This document shows positions 50,220 to 60,046 of a DNA stretch of 64,000 bases, in pieces (position 1 is the first letter of the stretch; each line of letters starts with the position of its first letter). A model generated the notes under the pieces. It saw nothing but the letters and a program-made list of their open reading frames with translations. It made no database searches and had not been told where the DNA came from. The translations under genes were made by a program, and so were the position numbers. Origin of the DNA: Fibrobacteria bacterium (GTDB lineage: Bacteria; Fibrobacterota; Chitinivibrionia; Chitinivibrionales; FEN-1185); contig JBBIGR010000008.1 in assembly GCA_037447435.1 (NCBI GenBank), positions 88,619 to 152,618 on the forward strand. Direction: 5' to 3'.

Positions 50220-51206
50220 ATGCATCATGGCAACATTTCTTCTCAAATTGCCCAAGGCCTTATTGCTTTAAAAAAACGAATTGATGCGGCTAAGATACCG
50301 GCATCCAAACTTGACGAGACCATAAATGTTGCAATTTGGAATATTAGGGAATTCGGGAAAGTGCATAGGACGGATGCGGCTATTCATTATATAGCGGAGA
50401 TACTTGGGCAATTCGATCTTATTGCTCTTGTGGAACTTCGTAACGACCTGACCGACCTGGGTCGGGTGTTGCCTATATTGGGGCCTTCATGGAACGTTGT
50501 GTATTCCGATTGGATGGATGACAGCGGCGGAAATATGGAGCGGGTAGGTTTTCTTTTCGATACGCGCGCAGTAACCTTTAACGGTCTTGCTGCAGAAGTA
50601 GATGCGCCAAGAAAAAAAAGCGGTGAAGAATATTTGTCTTCGCAATCTTTTTGGCGTGCACCGTATATGTGTTCATTCAGATCCGGCAATTTCGATTTCA
50701 TTGCTCTTGCAAGTCATGCACGTTGGGGAAGCGACATAAAAGGCCGTGAGGCCGAACTTCAAATGCTCGCTGATTGGATAGATGAAAGGTTCAAGAATAA
50801 AAACGCAGAAGATAAGGATCTGATTGTACTTGGAGATTTTAACACTCCCACAATTGATGACGATATTATTAAAGCGCTTACTTCCAAGGGACTTTTGATA
50901 CCCGACGCGCTTAAGATACTCAAAGTAGGGGATAGAACCATCGGCGGATCCAACCTGTCTAACGATGCGCGCTATGATCAAATCCTTCATATGCCAACGC
51001 TCAAGGATCGCTTTAGCAATAATGCCGGAACTCTCGATTTCTATGAAAGCGAAGCCATGATTACGGAACTTTTCCCGGACGGTAATTACACAAAAGAGAA
51101 GTTCAGTTTCCAACTCAGCGATCATTTTCCGGTTTGGGCTCAAATCAAAACCGATATAGGTGGCGAGCGGCTGGACCAGATCGTGCAGGATGGGGGAAAG
51201 GATTAG
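50220..51206 (+). CDS. Endonuclease/exonuclease/phosphatase (EEP) family protein
   Basis: AIWNIREFG, DLIALVE, VLGDFN, YDQI, LSDHFPVW. Confidence 0.9.
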   Translation: MHHGNISSQIAQGLIALKKRIDAAKIPASKLDETINVAIWNIREFGKVHRTDAAIHYIAEILGQFDLIALVELRNDLTDLGRVLPILGPSWNVVYSDWMDDSGGNMERVGFLFDTRAVTFNGLAAEVDAPRKKSGEEYLSSQSFWRAPYMCSFRSGNFDFIALASHARWGSDIKGREAELQMLADWIDERFKNKNAEDKDLIVLGDFNTPTIDDDIIKALTSKGLLIPDALKILKVGDRTIGGSNLSNDARYDQILHMPTLKDRFSNNAGTLDFYESEAMITELFPDGNYTKEKFSFQLSDHFPVWAQIKTDIGGERLDQIVQDGGKD

Positions 51207-51387
51207 CGGGATGTGAAACCACGAAAATCACGAAAGCCACATTCTCCGTTTTTCGCAACGTATTGAAAACAAGTAAGTTAAAGTGTAATCAATCTTTGAA
51301 TACGCATATGCCTTAACCGGCTTATATTCCGAATAAATTGACTTGCCGTGTTGGATAAACAATATTAACAAGAGGAACTAAAACGGA

Positions 51388-51651
51388 CTTCGGCGTTTCG
51401 ACAGGCTCAACGACCGAAGAGGAAATAAGACGGCACTTCGACAGGCTCAGTGACCGTTTTATTGTGTGCAAAAGGAAATGCTTTTTAACTTCGGTCACTG
51501 AGCCTGTCGAAGTGCCCGAAGTGTAGTGCCCGTTTTGTTAATGATTAACCAATTAAAGCCGGCTCAGTGAATTTCTTGAATCTTCGGTCACTGGGTTTCT
51601 CAGACTTCGGTCACTGAGCCTGTCGAAGTGCCCGAAGTGTAGTGACCGTTT
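51388..51651. repeat. Cluster of REP-like TTCGACAGGCTCA elements (two forward, two inverted, two partial)
   Basis: Forward copies 51388-51419 and 51431-51456. Inverted copies start at 51488 and 51604 and share 41 identical nt. Partials near 51561 and 51582. Confidence 0.85.
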
Positions 51652-51745
51652 TATTTTTGTAAAAAGTCCAGCAGCATGCCGGAAGTCAAAAACCAATGCT
51701 GCATTATATTTTATAACGAACTCCTATAACGAGGAATTCCTTCCG

Positions 51746-53077
51746 ATGAAAATAAAAATGCTTTTAGTCATGTTATCGCTATGCTGCGCTGCGGTCTTTG
51801 GTCAAACGCCAAACTTCTCATCCGTCGATAGCTTGCTCGATAGCAATCTTACGGGTGTTTTCCACGGCAAAGTCATCTGCATGGTCATGCACAATGATTC
51901 GTTGATCTATTACTATCATAAGGGCGGCGACAGCACGAGCACCACCGATATCGCATCAGCCACCAAAACAATGTCGGCAGCGCTGATGCTACGGCTTGCT
52001 CAGGAAAAGGTCGTCAACCTCGACACGGGCATTGCAACCTATTTCCCTTTTGCCGCAAGTTTGGGCAAGGGAACAATAACGCTTCGGCAGCTCTTTGCGC
52101 ACACAAGCGGCCTCGATGGAACAACCAGTTTCAATGCCAATCCGTTCATTACCTTGCAAAGATCGGCAGACAGTATCCTAGTCGTCGACTCGCTGAAGTA
52201 TACGCCAATCGGCTCGGAATTTTGTTATACCGGCGAAGATCAGCAGGTTGCGGGTGCTGCGGCCGAAATTGCAGCGGGAATACGCTGGGACAGTTTGTTC
52301 AGTCTCAAGATCGCACAGCCGCTCGGGCTTATAAGCACCACCTTTCATTTGACAACAGCGCTCAATCCCAGAATCGCGGGCGGCATACAATCGAGCGCGG
52401 CAGACATGATGCGTTTCGGCCGGTTCATTTTACATAATGGAAAAAATCGGGCAGGCGCATCGGTCGTTGACAGTAGTTGGATGCAGGAATATTGGAAAGA
52501 TCAAACCAACCGCGCGGTGCAGAAATGCTCGCCGAACGTATATAATCCGCCGCATAACAATCCGTATCATGCGGACACGATTTACTATGGCTTTGGAGAC
52601 TGGCTGGACATCTACAATCCCACCGAGCAGTATCAGGAACAAATCAGCGCCGACGGTGCTTTCGGCGCTACGATATGGATCAATCGCTGTACGCAGACGG
52701 TGGGAGTATTCCTGACCTTTTCACCGTCCGTCTATCTGCAGACAAATCCGGTGGAAGACAAAGCCATGGACATATTCCGTGCCGCAGTTCCATCGACCTG
52801 TTATGGGCAATCGTCAATCGAAATGCGAAAGGCCCAAAGCGAGCCTCTTGCTTCCCGGACTACCGCATTCTTTTCACGCAATATGCTGAATGTTTCTTCG
52901 GAAAATCGTTTCAGCTCTTTTTCAGTGTACGACATAATGGGAAAGCGCGTTCTCTTTGCCGACATAGACAACCGAAAATCATCTTTCGATTGCGGTCGTC
53001 TTCCATCGGGGATGTATATGCTTACCTTGGCGGATAAATACAACGGCGCGCAAGTTATAAAACTGGTGAAACAATAA
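51746..53077 (+). CDS. Serine hydrolase (beta-lactamase family) with T9SS type-A C-terminal sorting domain
   Basis: Signal peptide, ASATK (SxxK), TLRQLFAHTSGL, C-terminal VYDIMGKRV...LPSGMYML...KLVK. Confidence 0.87.
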   Translation: MKIKMLLVMLSLCCAAVFGQTPNFSSVDSLLDSNLTGVFHGKVICMVMHNDSLIYYYHKGGDSTSTTDIASATKTMSAALMLRLAQEKVVNLDTGIATYFPFAASLGKGTITLRQLFAHTSGLDGTTSFNANPFITLQRSADSILVVDSLKYTPIGSEFCYTGEDQQVAGAAAEIAAGIRWDSLFSLKIAQPLGLISTTFHLTTALNPRIAGGIQSSAADMMRFGRFILHNGKNRAGASVVDSSWMQEYWKDQTNRAVQKCSPNVYNPPHNNPYHADTIYYGFGDWLDIYNPTEQYQEQISADGAFGATIWINRCTQTVGVFLTFSPSVYLQTNPVEDKAMDIFRAAVPSTCYGQSSIEMRKAQSEPLASRTTAFFSRNMLNVSSENRFSSFSVYDIMGKRVLFADIDNRKSSFDCGRLPSGMYMLTLADKYNGAQVIKLVKQ

Positions 53078-53126
53078 ATCGACGAAATTATTGCAGCTGA
53101 TTATTAATCGACCAAAGGAGTGACCT

Positions 53127-53432
53127 ATGAAATGGTATCATTATATTGCCTGCTTTTTTGCCGGCGCTTTTCTTGCAAATGCAGTTCCGCATTTTGTGCA
53201 TGGCATTTCGGGTGACTGTTTCCCGAGTCCCTTTGCAAACCCGCCGGGCAGAGGGCTTTCGTCTCCGCTGGTCAATGTACTATGGGGGCTCGGAAATATG
53301 GCAGCTGGTTATGTTCTATTCCGTGTTGGCAAAGTATTCAAGGCGAACATCGTGGGTTTGATCGTGTTTTTCGCCGGCATCGCGTTCATCAGTATTATGA
53401 GTGCGCAAGTATTTGCATTGAAGATGCATTAA
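53127..53432 (+). CDS. Small integral membrane protein
   Basis: AAGGAG RBS, three hydrophobic segments, NAVPHFVHG..G..FPSPFA.PPG.GLSSP.VN..WG. Confidence 0.75.
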   Translation: MKWYHYIACFFAGAFLANAVPHFVHGISGDCFPSPFANPPGRGLSSPLVNVLWGLGNMAAGYVLFRVGKVFKANIVGLIVFFAGIAFISIMSAQVFALKMH

Positions 53433-53573
53433 GAAAAGTAAGAAATTGGAAGAAAGAAGAAAACATTTTATCCAATATGGCTTTTTAATTTCTTTTCATG
53501 ATTTTAATTCCGGATGATATATTTATTATGAGGTATGGGTCTCTTGAAGATTTGATGAAAATAGGTAGAAAAA

Positions 53574-53885
53574 ATGAAATCGATATTGTTGGACAAAGTA
53601 AAAAATGCAGTAAAACAAATCGAACCTTCCGCGGAAATCATCCTCTATGGTTCCCGTGCGCGAGAGGATTTTCATGAAGGTTCAGACTGGGATTTTCTTA
53701 TACTTGTTGAAGGTGAGGTTGATGATAAACGCACTGATAAAATCAGACATCAGCTTTATGAAATTGAATGGGAAACCGGGGATGTTTTATGTTCAATTGT
53801 ACGAAGTCGCTTTGAATGGGAAAGCCCTGAATATCAAATAATACCTTTATACAAGAATATAAAGCATGATGGTGTCACACTATGA
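53574..53885 (+). CDS. Minimal nucleotidyltransferase (MNT), antitoxin-like
   Basis: LYGSRAR.D...SDWDFLI (GSx10DxD). Overlaps the HEPN start. Confidence 0.9.
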   Translation: MKSILLDKVKNAVKQIEPSAEIILYGSRAREDFHEGSDWDFLILVEGEVDDKRTDKIRHQLYEIEWETGDVLCSIVRSRFEWESPEYQIIPLYKNIKHDGVTL

Positions 53886-54274
53886 GGGGCACTCTAGAAG
53901 ACTTAATTAAATATAGGCTGGAAAAAGCCGCGCAGACATTGGAAGATGCCAATCTATTAGCATCTGCAAAACGATGGAATCCTTGCGTGAATCGGCTGTA
54001 CTATGCATGCTTTTATGCGGTTTCGGCCTTACTTGCTAAAAACGATTTTGGTTCAAGTAAACATACCGGAATAAGATCGCTTTTTAATCTCAATTTTGTT
54101 AAAACCGGCAAGATATCAAAAGAAACCGCTGAGATATATAATGACCTTTTTGATAGAAGACAAGAAGGGGATTATGCGGATTTTGTTATTTTTACAGAGG
54201 AACAAGTTCTTCCAAGAATTATAAAAGCAGATAATTTCATTAAAGCTATTATCTCCCTTTTGCAGCAAAAATAA
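53882..54274 (+). CDS. HEPN domain protein (MNT-HEPN pair)
   Basis: NRLYYACFY, KH.G, LFDRRQEGDY. Confidence 0.9.
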   Translation: MRGTLEDLIKYRLEKAAQTLEDANLLASAKRWNPCVNRLYYACFYAVSALLAKNDFGSSKHTGIRSLFNLNFVKTGKISKETAEIYNDLFDRRQEGDYADFVIFTEEQVLPRIIKADNFIKAIISLLQQK

Positions 54275-54390
54275 TTTTCTTCTCCTTCGCAATACTCTCA
54301 ATCTTCTCTATGGACGAATTGCTGACTAGATGCAGAAACTTTTTACTATGGCTGCAATATAATATCACGGTGGCGGTATATCGGGAGTTA

Positions 54391-54423
54391 CGAAATCGGA
54401 TAGAAAATATCCATCCGATTTCG
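54391..54423. terminator. Hairpin between convergent genes
   Basis: CGAAATCGGAT / ATCCGATTTCG 11-bp stem. Confidence 0.6.
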
Positions 54424-54453
54424 CAATTTTAATGTGACGAAAGAGATAATCTG

Positions 54454-55983
54454 CTATTGAGTGATTTTATGCCCTACGACATTTAATCCGAAGTCCTGTC
54501 CCATCGACGTATATCCTACCGTAACGCCTAATTTTTCGTCATACGTTGTCGGGTCTTTATACGGCCAAGTATGTTGCGTCGGTGTAAAGGTTATAGTAAG
54601 AGGAACGGGAGTCGAAGATCCTGCCGTGTAGCTTTCCCCGGGTTTTCCCGCTTGTCCGGCGACAAGATTTTGCTGGTCGAATACCTGTATGGATACGGAA
54701 GTCACGTTATTCTGGAGCAATCCCGCATCGCTTGCCTGAATATACTGATGGGCTTGTGAATCCCAATAATACCATTTTACAATGACCTGGTGGATTGTCG
54801 AATCCGAATGGTCTACATCAACCTCAAGGGAAGGAACGTACACAAGCGGTTTTCCGGTAAGCGTATCGACGGGATTACCTAAGCCGGCGTCAAATTGCGT
54901 AATGATAGTGCTGCGGTTTGCTTTCAGGTCCCAAACTCCATTGGGCGGCATTCCTTTAAAGGTCGGACAAAACAAATTCATATAGGGCGTCCCGCTTCCG
55001 GCGGAAACAACCATGATATTTGCGGGGGCCTTACTTCCGGTGGTGTCGTGGACGATATGCGGACTTGTTGCCGTGTCCGTCGAAATGCAGGACGTGACCG
55101 GCGCGACAACGGATTGCCCGTTGATAAGCGTATTAATGATATACATATTGGAACCGGCGGGAGGATACAAATCGACGGTTGCGGAAATGTTATGCAATTG
55201 ATCGTAGTTGAAATTTGGAGACGTATTCGGACAAATTTGAAAACTAAAACCGAAAGCACTCGAGTCGAAATAACTTTCCGGTTTTAATTCTTTGTCCTGG
55301 GCATCGATCAAATGTTTGTTGCCGAGAGAATAGTTCGTTTTGATTTGAATGTTCTTTTGTGAAGTCGGGTCCCACGACGCATAAATGTTTTTAATGATTT
55401 TTAACGTTCGTCCCGTATGGGCCATTTCTTTAAGTTGCGTTAACGTCAAACTGAACTTTGCCGTGTCCTTTGCCGTCGTGTCGCCGAGCGCTTCGTCGCC
55501 ATGCTGAGTTACGTTGCCCATTTTCAAGGAATCGCCCTTGGCCTTTGAAATGGGGAACTTGATAAGAGACGCGTCGATTTCTTTAAGTGCCAAAAAGCCG
55601 ACGATTTTATTGAATCTGGTTGTTGCTTTGGAATTGAACAATATCAAAACCCAGTCGAGGTCCACGTCGTTTCCTTGTGCATCTTTTCCGATCTTGTCCA
55701 ATTGGATGTCGAAAGTGCCGTCGGCATGAATAATTGCTTTGGGAGACTTGTCGCCGGGAATATCTATCATGCCGTTAATTACCTGGGTCGCGTAAATCGA
55801 GTCCGCATCATCCATACCGGATTTGACTTTGCCCAGGCCCTTCTTAAGCGTGCCGGAAATGGTCACGGCATTCGTCGAACCCTTATTTTTGTCGCCGTTA
55901 CTTGATGTCGGGTTGCCGCAGAAACAAAACAGAAAAACCGAACACAAAAAAAGAACGCCGCATCGATTCTTCAAGGATATCAT
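54454..55983 (-). CDS. Hypothetical lipoprotein
   Basis: GAGGAG RBS before ATG 55983, hydrophobic stretch ending LFCFC, Ser/Asn/Lys linker, no recognisable family. Confidence 0.65.
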   Translation of the reverse strand: MISLKNRCGVLFLCSVFLFCFCGNPTSSNGDKNKGSTNAVTISGTLKKGLGKVKSGMDDADSIYATQVINGMIDIPGDKSPKAIIHADGTFDIQLDKIGKDAQGNDVDLDWVLILFNSKATTRFNKIVGFLALKEIDASLIKFPISKAKGDSLKMGNVTQHGDEALGDTTAKDTAKFSLTLTQLKEMAHTGRTLKIIKNIYASWDPTSQKNIQIKTNYSLGNKHLIDAQDKELKPESYFDSSAFGFSFQICPNTSPNFNYDQLHNISATVDLYPPAGSNMYIINTLINGQSVVAPVTSCISTDTATSPHIVHDTTGSKAPANIMVVSAGSGTPYMNLFCPTFKGMPPNGVWDLKANRSTIITQFDAGLGNPVDTLTGKPLVYVPSLEVDVDHSDSTIHQVIVKWYYWDSQAHQYIQASDAGLLQNNVTSVSIQVFDQQNLVAGQAGKPGESYTAGSSTPVPLTITFTPTQHTWPYKDPTTYDEKLGVTVGYTSMGQDFGLNVVGHKITQ

Positions 55984-56457
55984 ACTTTTCCTCCTCGATA
56001 AATGAATTTGGTGGTTTCCGTGAAATTCTATCATTATGTGAAGATTTAAACAAGGGATAATTAAAATCGGCGGCTGTTTTTAAAAAAAGACGAGCTGAAG
56101 GGAAAACGGTGGCGCCGGGGAATAGATATTTCCTCTTTGACAACTTTCGATCGGCAGACGAATATGTATTCGTATTGAATACGATTTTCTTGAGTACGCT
56201 TTCGTTCTTTAGCATATTCCAAAAGTTTGCCTTATATTACTCAAAAGATGACCCGCAACGGCAGCACTTCATGTTGACATGGGCACATTGTCGGCTCTAT
56301 ACGAAGCGGACCGAACACCACCACCGGAATGCTCGTATAAATCCCGAAGCATGAGTCTTTCGGGAATGCCGCGTATTCGACATTTTGCCATAGGTATTGG
56401 TATAGTCGGTAACCTTTTACGGGGGGCGTATTTACTTTTATTCCGGAAAAGGGGAGG

Positions 56458-58878
56458 ATGGTTATGAGAAGAATTTTATTGGGTGTTCTGGGGCTTTTTT
56501 GTTTTTCGGCAGGCATTTATGCCGCGGTAACGGGAGTGGTGGTAGACAGCGCAAATAAACCCGTGCCGGATGCGATGATCACGTACACCAACATCGCAAA
56601 CCGGTTGATTTATGTTTATTCGAACCAGAACGGGCAGTTCTGCATTCCCGGTCCTACCGAATGGAGCCTGGACGATCTTCCGATGTACAAATCCGCTTGT
56701 GCCTCATCGGTGGCGCCTTCGCGCTTTCCGGTTACCTCGTCCTCGCTGGGCATGAGCGTAAAACGGTCAACGGTTTTCATCTCGCTTGGAGAAGGAACTC
56801 ATGCCGTAACGGCATCGGTCTATGAGAGTTCGGGCAAGCTGGTTGCAAACGTTCTCAAGGCAACTCTTGGCAAAGGCGTATACGCGTTTGCCCCGTTCGG
56901 CGGGAACCTTCGCCTCGCGACACGGCAAATGTATCTGGTCCGCGTGTCGGACGGCTCTCATTCGCAAACATTCCGCATGATTAATCTCGGAACGGGCAAC
57001 ACGGTCACTAACCTTCCGGGCACGGTTTCAACGCAGAACGCCTCCCTAAAAAAGGTCATGGCCGTAGACGGAATTCGCGCAGGCAAAACCGGATATCTGC
57101 CGGACACGGTGTCCCTTACCGGATACGACCAGAACGTCGGCAATGTCAAGATACAGGCCGTCGATATCGAGAAGCGTGTCGATTCGCTTCTTGCCAAAAT
57201 GCAACAAAACGAAAAACTCGGCCAGCTTATGCAGCCGGCGGGATGCAATCAGAGCACCGCGCAAAATGCGCTGCTCGGTTCGTATCTAAAGGGAGAAGGC
57301 GACCCGGGTCCCATGACCGGCGCGCTCTCGACGCGGCTCAAGATTCCGTTGATTGTTGGAAACGATGTCGTGCACGGCGGCAGACATATTTATTTCCCCC
57401 AGGAAATCGGGCTCGGATGCACCGGCGATACGCTTCTGGTGGAACTGGCCTATCGGATATACGCGATGTGCAGTTTACCTCTTTACAATAACGAATGTTT
57501 CGCCCCGTGTCTCGATGTGCACCGCAGCGATTTTTCGGGCCGCGTGTATGAAGGGTTCGGCGAAACGCCGGAACTCACCGTGCCGTTTGCCCGGGCAGCG
57601 GTTCGCGGATTGCAGGGCACCGATCTTTCTTCCGGATACACCATGATGGCCACGCTCAAACATTGGGCGGCAGCCGGCGGAACCAGCGGCGGCGGCGGGC
57701 ATGCGGATGCGAACACGGCACCGAATCTCGGCGTGCTTGCGCAGATCCATTTCCCGCCCTTCCTCGCAGGCGTAAAGGCCGGTGCCGCAGGGGTGATGAC
57801 CGGTTATCAGTCGGTATTCGGGACACTCATGGCCGTCAATAAGCAGCTCGTCACCGATACGCTCAAGAACGGCTGGGGGTTCGACGGGTTTGTGATAACC
57901 GACTGGGCAACCAGCAACGGCCGCGAAACAGACTGTGTCAATGCGGGGCACGATTTATGCATGACCGTGACGCCCGGTTCGTTTCCAGGCACGATCGGTT
58001 CGGTTTCCCAGTCGCGCATAGACGATGCGGTGAGGCGTTTGCTTCGCGTCAAGTTCAGAATGGGGCTGTTCGAAAATCCGTGGCCAAATCTGAATCTCAA
58101 TAACTATCTTGCTTCACCGGAATATCGCGCGGTTGCGCGGAAATGCGTGCGCAAATCTCTCGTACTGCTTAAAAACAGTGCGGTAAACGGCAAAAAGGCC
58201 CTTCCTCTTTCGAAGAGCGCCAACGTTCATATCGTGGGCGCCTGGGCCGACAATATGGGATATCAATGCGGCGGATGGTCTGCCACGGGCGGCACGATAA
58301 ACGATAATTCGAATGTCTTGGTAAATGGTGTCGACGAGGGATGGCAAGGCTCCGCAAATCCTCATGGAATCAAGGATGCCACTACCATTCTTCAAGCCAT
58401 AAAAGGCGCGTGTACCGGGACCGTGACGTCCAATAACACGGCCGATAATATTCCCTCTACGGCGGATGTCATTGTGGTGGTGGTGGGAGAAACAACATAT
58501 GCGGAAGATTACGGCGACAGGACCGATATCACGCTCAACGGAAGCTGCACCGGCAATGTTGACCAAATCGGACTTGTCCAGAATTGCAAGAACAATGCAA
58601 ACGGCAGACCGGTTGTGACTATTCTCATCACGGGAAGACCGAATGTGCTCGGATCGATTCCGGACAACAGCTCCGCTCTTGTCGCGGCCTGGTTGCCCGG
58701 CACCGAAGGCGAGGGGGTTACCGATGTTATTTTCGGCGATTACAATTTTACAGGCAAATTGTCCGTCACCTGGCCGGCAAGCAACAGCCAGCAGCCGATC
58801 AACACAGGCACCATGGGAGACAATGTCGGCTCAGGAGGAAATCCGCTTTTCGCGTACGGATTCGGACTAACGTACTGA
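56458..58878 (+). CDS. Glycoside hydrolase family 3 with N-terminal accessory domains
   Basis: Signal peptide, EKLGQLMQ, DVVHG, GRVYEGFGE, ATLKHW, FDGFVITDW (nucleophile Asp), VAAWLPGTEG.GV.DV, PLFAYGFGLTY. Confidence 0.92.
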   Translation: MVMRRILLGVLGLFCFSAGIYAAVTGVVVDSANKPVPDAMITYTNIANRLIYVYSNQNGQFCIPGPTEWSLDDLPMYKSACASSVAPSRFPVTSSSLGMSVKRSTVFISLGEGTHAVTASVYESSGKLVANVLKATLGKGVYAFAPFGGNLRLATRQMYLVRVSDGSHSQTFRMINLGTGNTVTNLPGTVSTQNASLKKVMAVDGIRAGKTGYLPDTVSLTGYDQNVGNVKIQAVDIEKRVDSLLAKMQQNEKLGQLMQPAGCNQSTAQNALLGSYLKGEGDPGPMTGALSTRLKIPLIVGNDVVHGGRHIYFPQEIGLGCTGDTLLVELAYRIYAMCSLPLYNNECFAPCLDVHRSDFSGRVYEGFGETPELTVPFARAAVRGLQGTDLSSGYTMMATLKHWAAAGGTSGGGGHADANTAPNLGVLAQIHFPPFLAGVKAGAAGVMTGYQSVFGTLMAVNKQLVTDTLKNGWGFDGFVITDWATSNGRETDCVNAGHDLCMTVTPGSFPGTIGSVSQSRIDDAVRRLLRVKFRMGLFENPWPNLNLNNYLASPEYRAVARKCVRKSLVLLKNSAVNGKKALPLSKSANVHIVGAWADNMGYQCGGWSATGGTINDNSNVLVNGVDEGWQGSANPHGIKDATTILQAIKGACTGTVTSNNTADNIPSTADVIVVVVGETTYAEDYGDRTDITLNGSCTGNVDQIGLVQNCKNNANGRPVVTILITGRPNVLGSIPDNSSALVAAWLPGTEGEGVTDVIFGDYNFTGKLSVTWPASNSQQPINTGTMGDNVGSGGNPLFAYGFGLTY

Positions 58879-58902
58879 TCCGTACTGGTTCTCACATAAA
58901 CG

Positions 58903-58935
58903 AAAAAAGGGGCTACGAGCGTAGCCCCTTTTTTT
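58903..58935. terminator. Rho-independent terminator
   Basis: AAAAAAGGGGCTAC-GAGC-GTAGCCCCTTTTTTT directly after the GH3 gene. Confidence 0.88.
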
Positions 58936-58986
58936 ATATTGATAAGAAATGATATCGTGCACTCTTGCGTGTAATTTGGAGGTACT

Positions 58987-59253
58987 ATGAAAGCGGTTGT
59001 TTTTTATGAGGCGGATACGGCTTTGATGGATAAACTCAGGGCGGTATATCCTCGTCATAAGATACTGGTCGACTCGTTTGCAAAGGACGGCAAAGTTATC
59101 GGCATCGGAACTTTTGCGAATATATCCGACGGATCGATGGGTATTTTCAGATCCCGGGAATTCGCAGACGAATTTGTCAAGCAAGATCCTTTTGTAACGG
59201 AAGGTTTAGTGAGTAAAATAACAATTAGAGAGTGGAACGATTCGTTGCTTTAA
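58987..59253 (+). CDS. YciI family protein
   Basis: GGAGG RBS, R....H, G.FA..DGSM.IF, DPFVTEGLV...IREW. Confidence 0.85.
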   Translation: MKAVVFYEADTALMDKLRAVYPRHKILVDSFAKDGKVIGIGTFANISDGSMGIFRSREFADEFVKQDPFVTEGLVSKITIREWNDSLL

Positions 59254-59350
59254 TAAAAACTGTATGGTATACCGGTCCTTTTATTGTATACTTCTTCGCT
59301 TTTAAGGAGATTTTGGAAAAGATCCGACGAAACTACAAATCTGTTTGTAA

Positions 59351-59372
59351 AATATAGCAAATATGCTATATT
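59351..59372. promoter_or_regulatory. Perfect palindrome, probable TA autoregulatory operator
   Basis: AATATAGCA-AATA-TGCTATATT directly upstream of the toxin RBS (AAGGAGG). Confidence 0.7.
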
Positions 59373-59384
59373 AAGGAGGCTGCA

Positions 59385-59714
59385 GTGAACGTACTTTATT
59401 ACAAGGCATCTTCAGGACGAATGCCGGTAAGGGAGTATCTCTATTCTTTGACGAAAGATGATATTGCGGCAATTACTGCCGATCTTGAATCAATTAGAGA
59501 CAAAGGAATTGTATCGGCACCCGTTACAACACGGAAATTAAAAGAAAAATTATGGGAAATAAAAACAGGTACCAGGAATCAACAACGCATTTTTTATTGT
59601 CTTTTTGATGAAAATGGAATCGTATTGCTCCATGCTTGCAAAAAACAAAAAGAAGGTGCACAAAGGGGAGATGTGGAGCTTGCTTATAAACGCATGAAGG
59701 AGTTACTATCATGA
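59385..59714 (+). CDS. RelE/ParE-superfamily (Gp49/HigB-like) toxin
   Basis: YY...SGR.PV.EYL, LWEIK, RIFY, IVLLH..KK, A.KRMKE. Toxin-first gene order. Confidence 0.87.
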   Translation: MNVLYYKASSGRMPVREYLYSLTKDDIAAITADLESIRDKGIVSAPVTTRKLKEKLWEIKTGTRNQQRIFYCLFDENGIVLLHACKKQKEGAQRGDVELAYKRMKELLS

Positions 59715-60046
59715 ATAAAAAACATATCGGCAGTTCGTTTTTTGATGATGTAAAACATTGGGAAAAACATGACCCGGATTTTCGTAAACGGGTTCAGGAA
59801 CATTCCGAGAAGCGTAAGCTTGCCGGGATGCTTATTGAAATTCGCGAAAAAGAAAATTTGACACAAAGCGAATTGGCAAAAAAAGCGCATGTTACGCAAT
59901 CGGTAATTGCGCGAATAGAGACCGGATCATCAAACACTCTTCCTCGATTGGATTTATTCAATAAAATTCTAAATGCAGTCGGATATGAAACTTTGATTGT
60001 CGCAAAGAAAAACGGGAAATCGATTCGCGTTGCTCTATCGACTTAA
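59711..60046 (+). CDS. XRE-family HTH antitoxin (HigA-like)
   Basis: KHIGSSF, IREKENLTQSELAKKAHVTQSVIARIETG. ATGA overlap with the toxin. Confidence 0.88.
   Translation: MNKKHIGSSFFDDVKHWEKHDPDFRKRVQEHSEKRKLAGMLIEIREKENLTQSELAKKAHVTQSVIARIETGSSNTLPRLDLFNKILNAVGYETLIVAKKNGKSIRVALST

Noticed and set aside
51388..51651. CRISPR array
   Set aside because: Copies occur in both orientations with irregular spacing, which fits REP-like elements.
56200..56457. Riboswitch upstream of the GH3
   Set aside because: Only a short TCCCGAA/TTCGGGA hairpin is present, and no aptamer consensus was recognised.
59303..59330. Second sigma-28-like promoter (TAAG-N16-TCCGACGA) before the TA pair
   Set aside because: Weaker match, implausible target and no supporting leader element.
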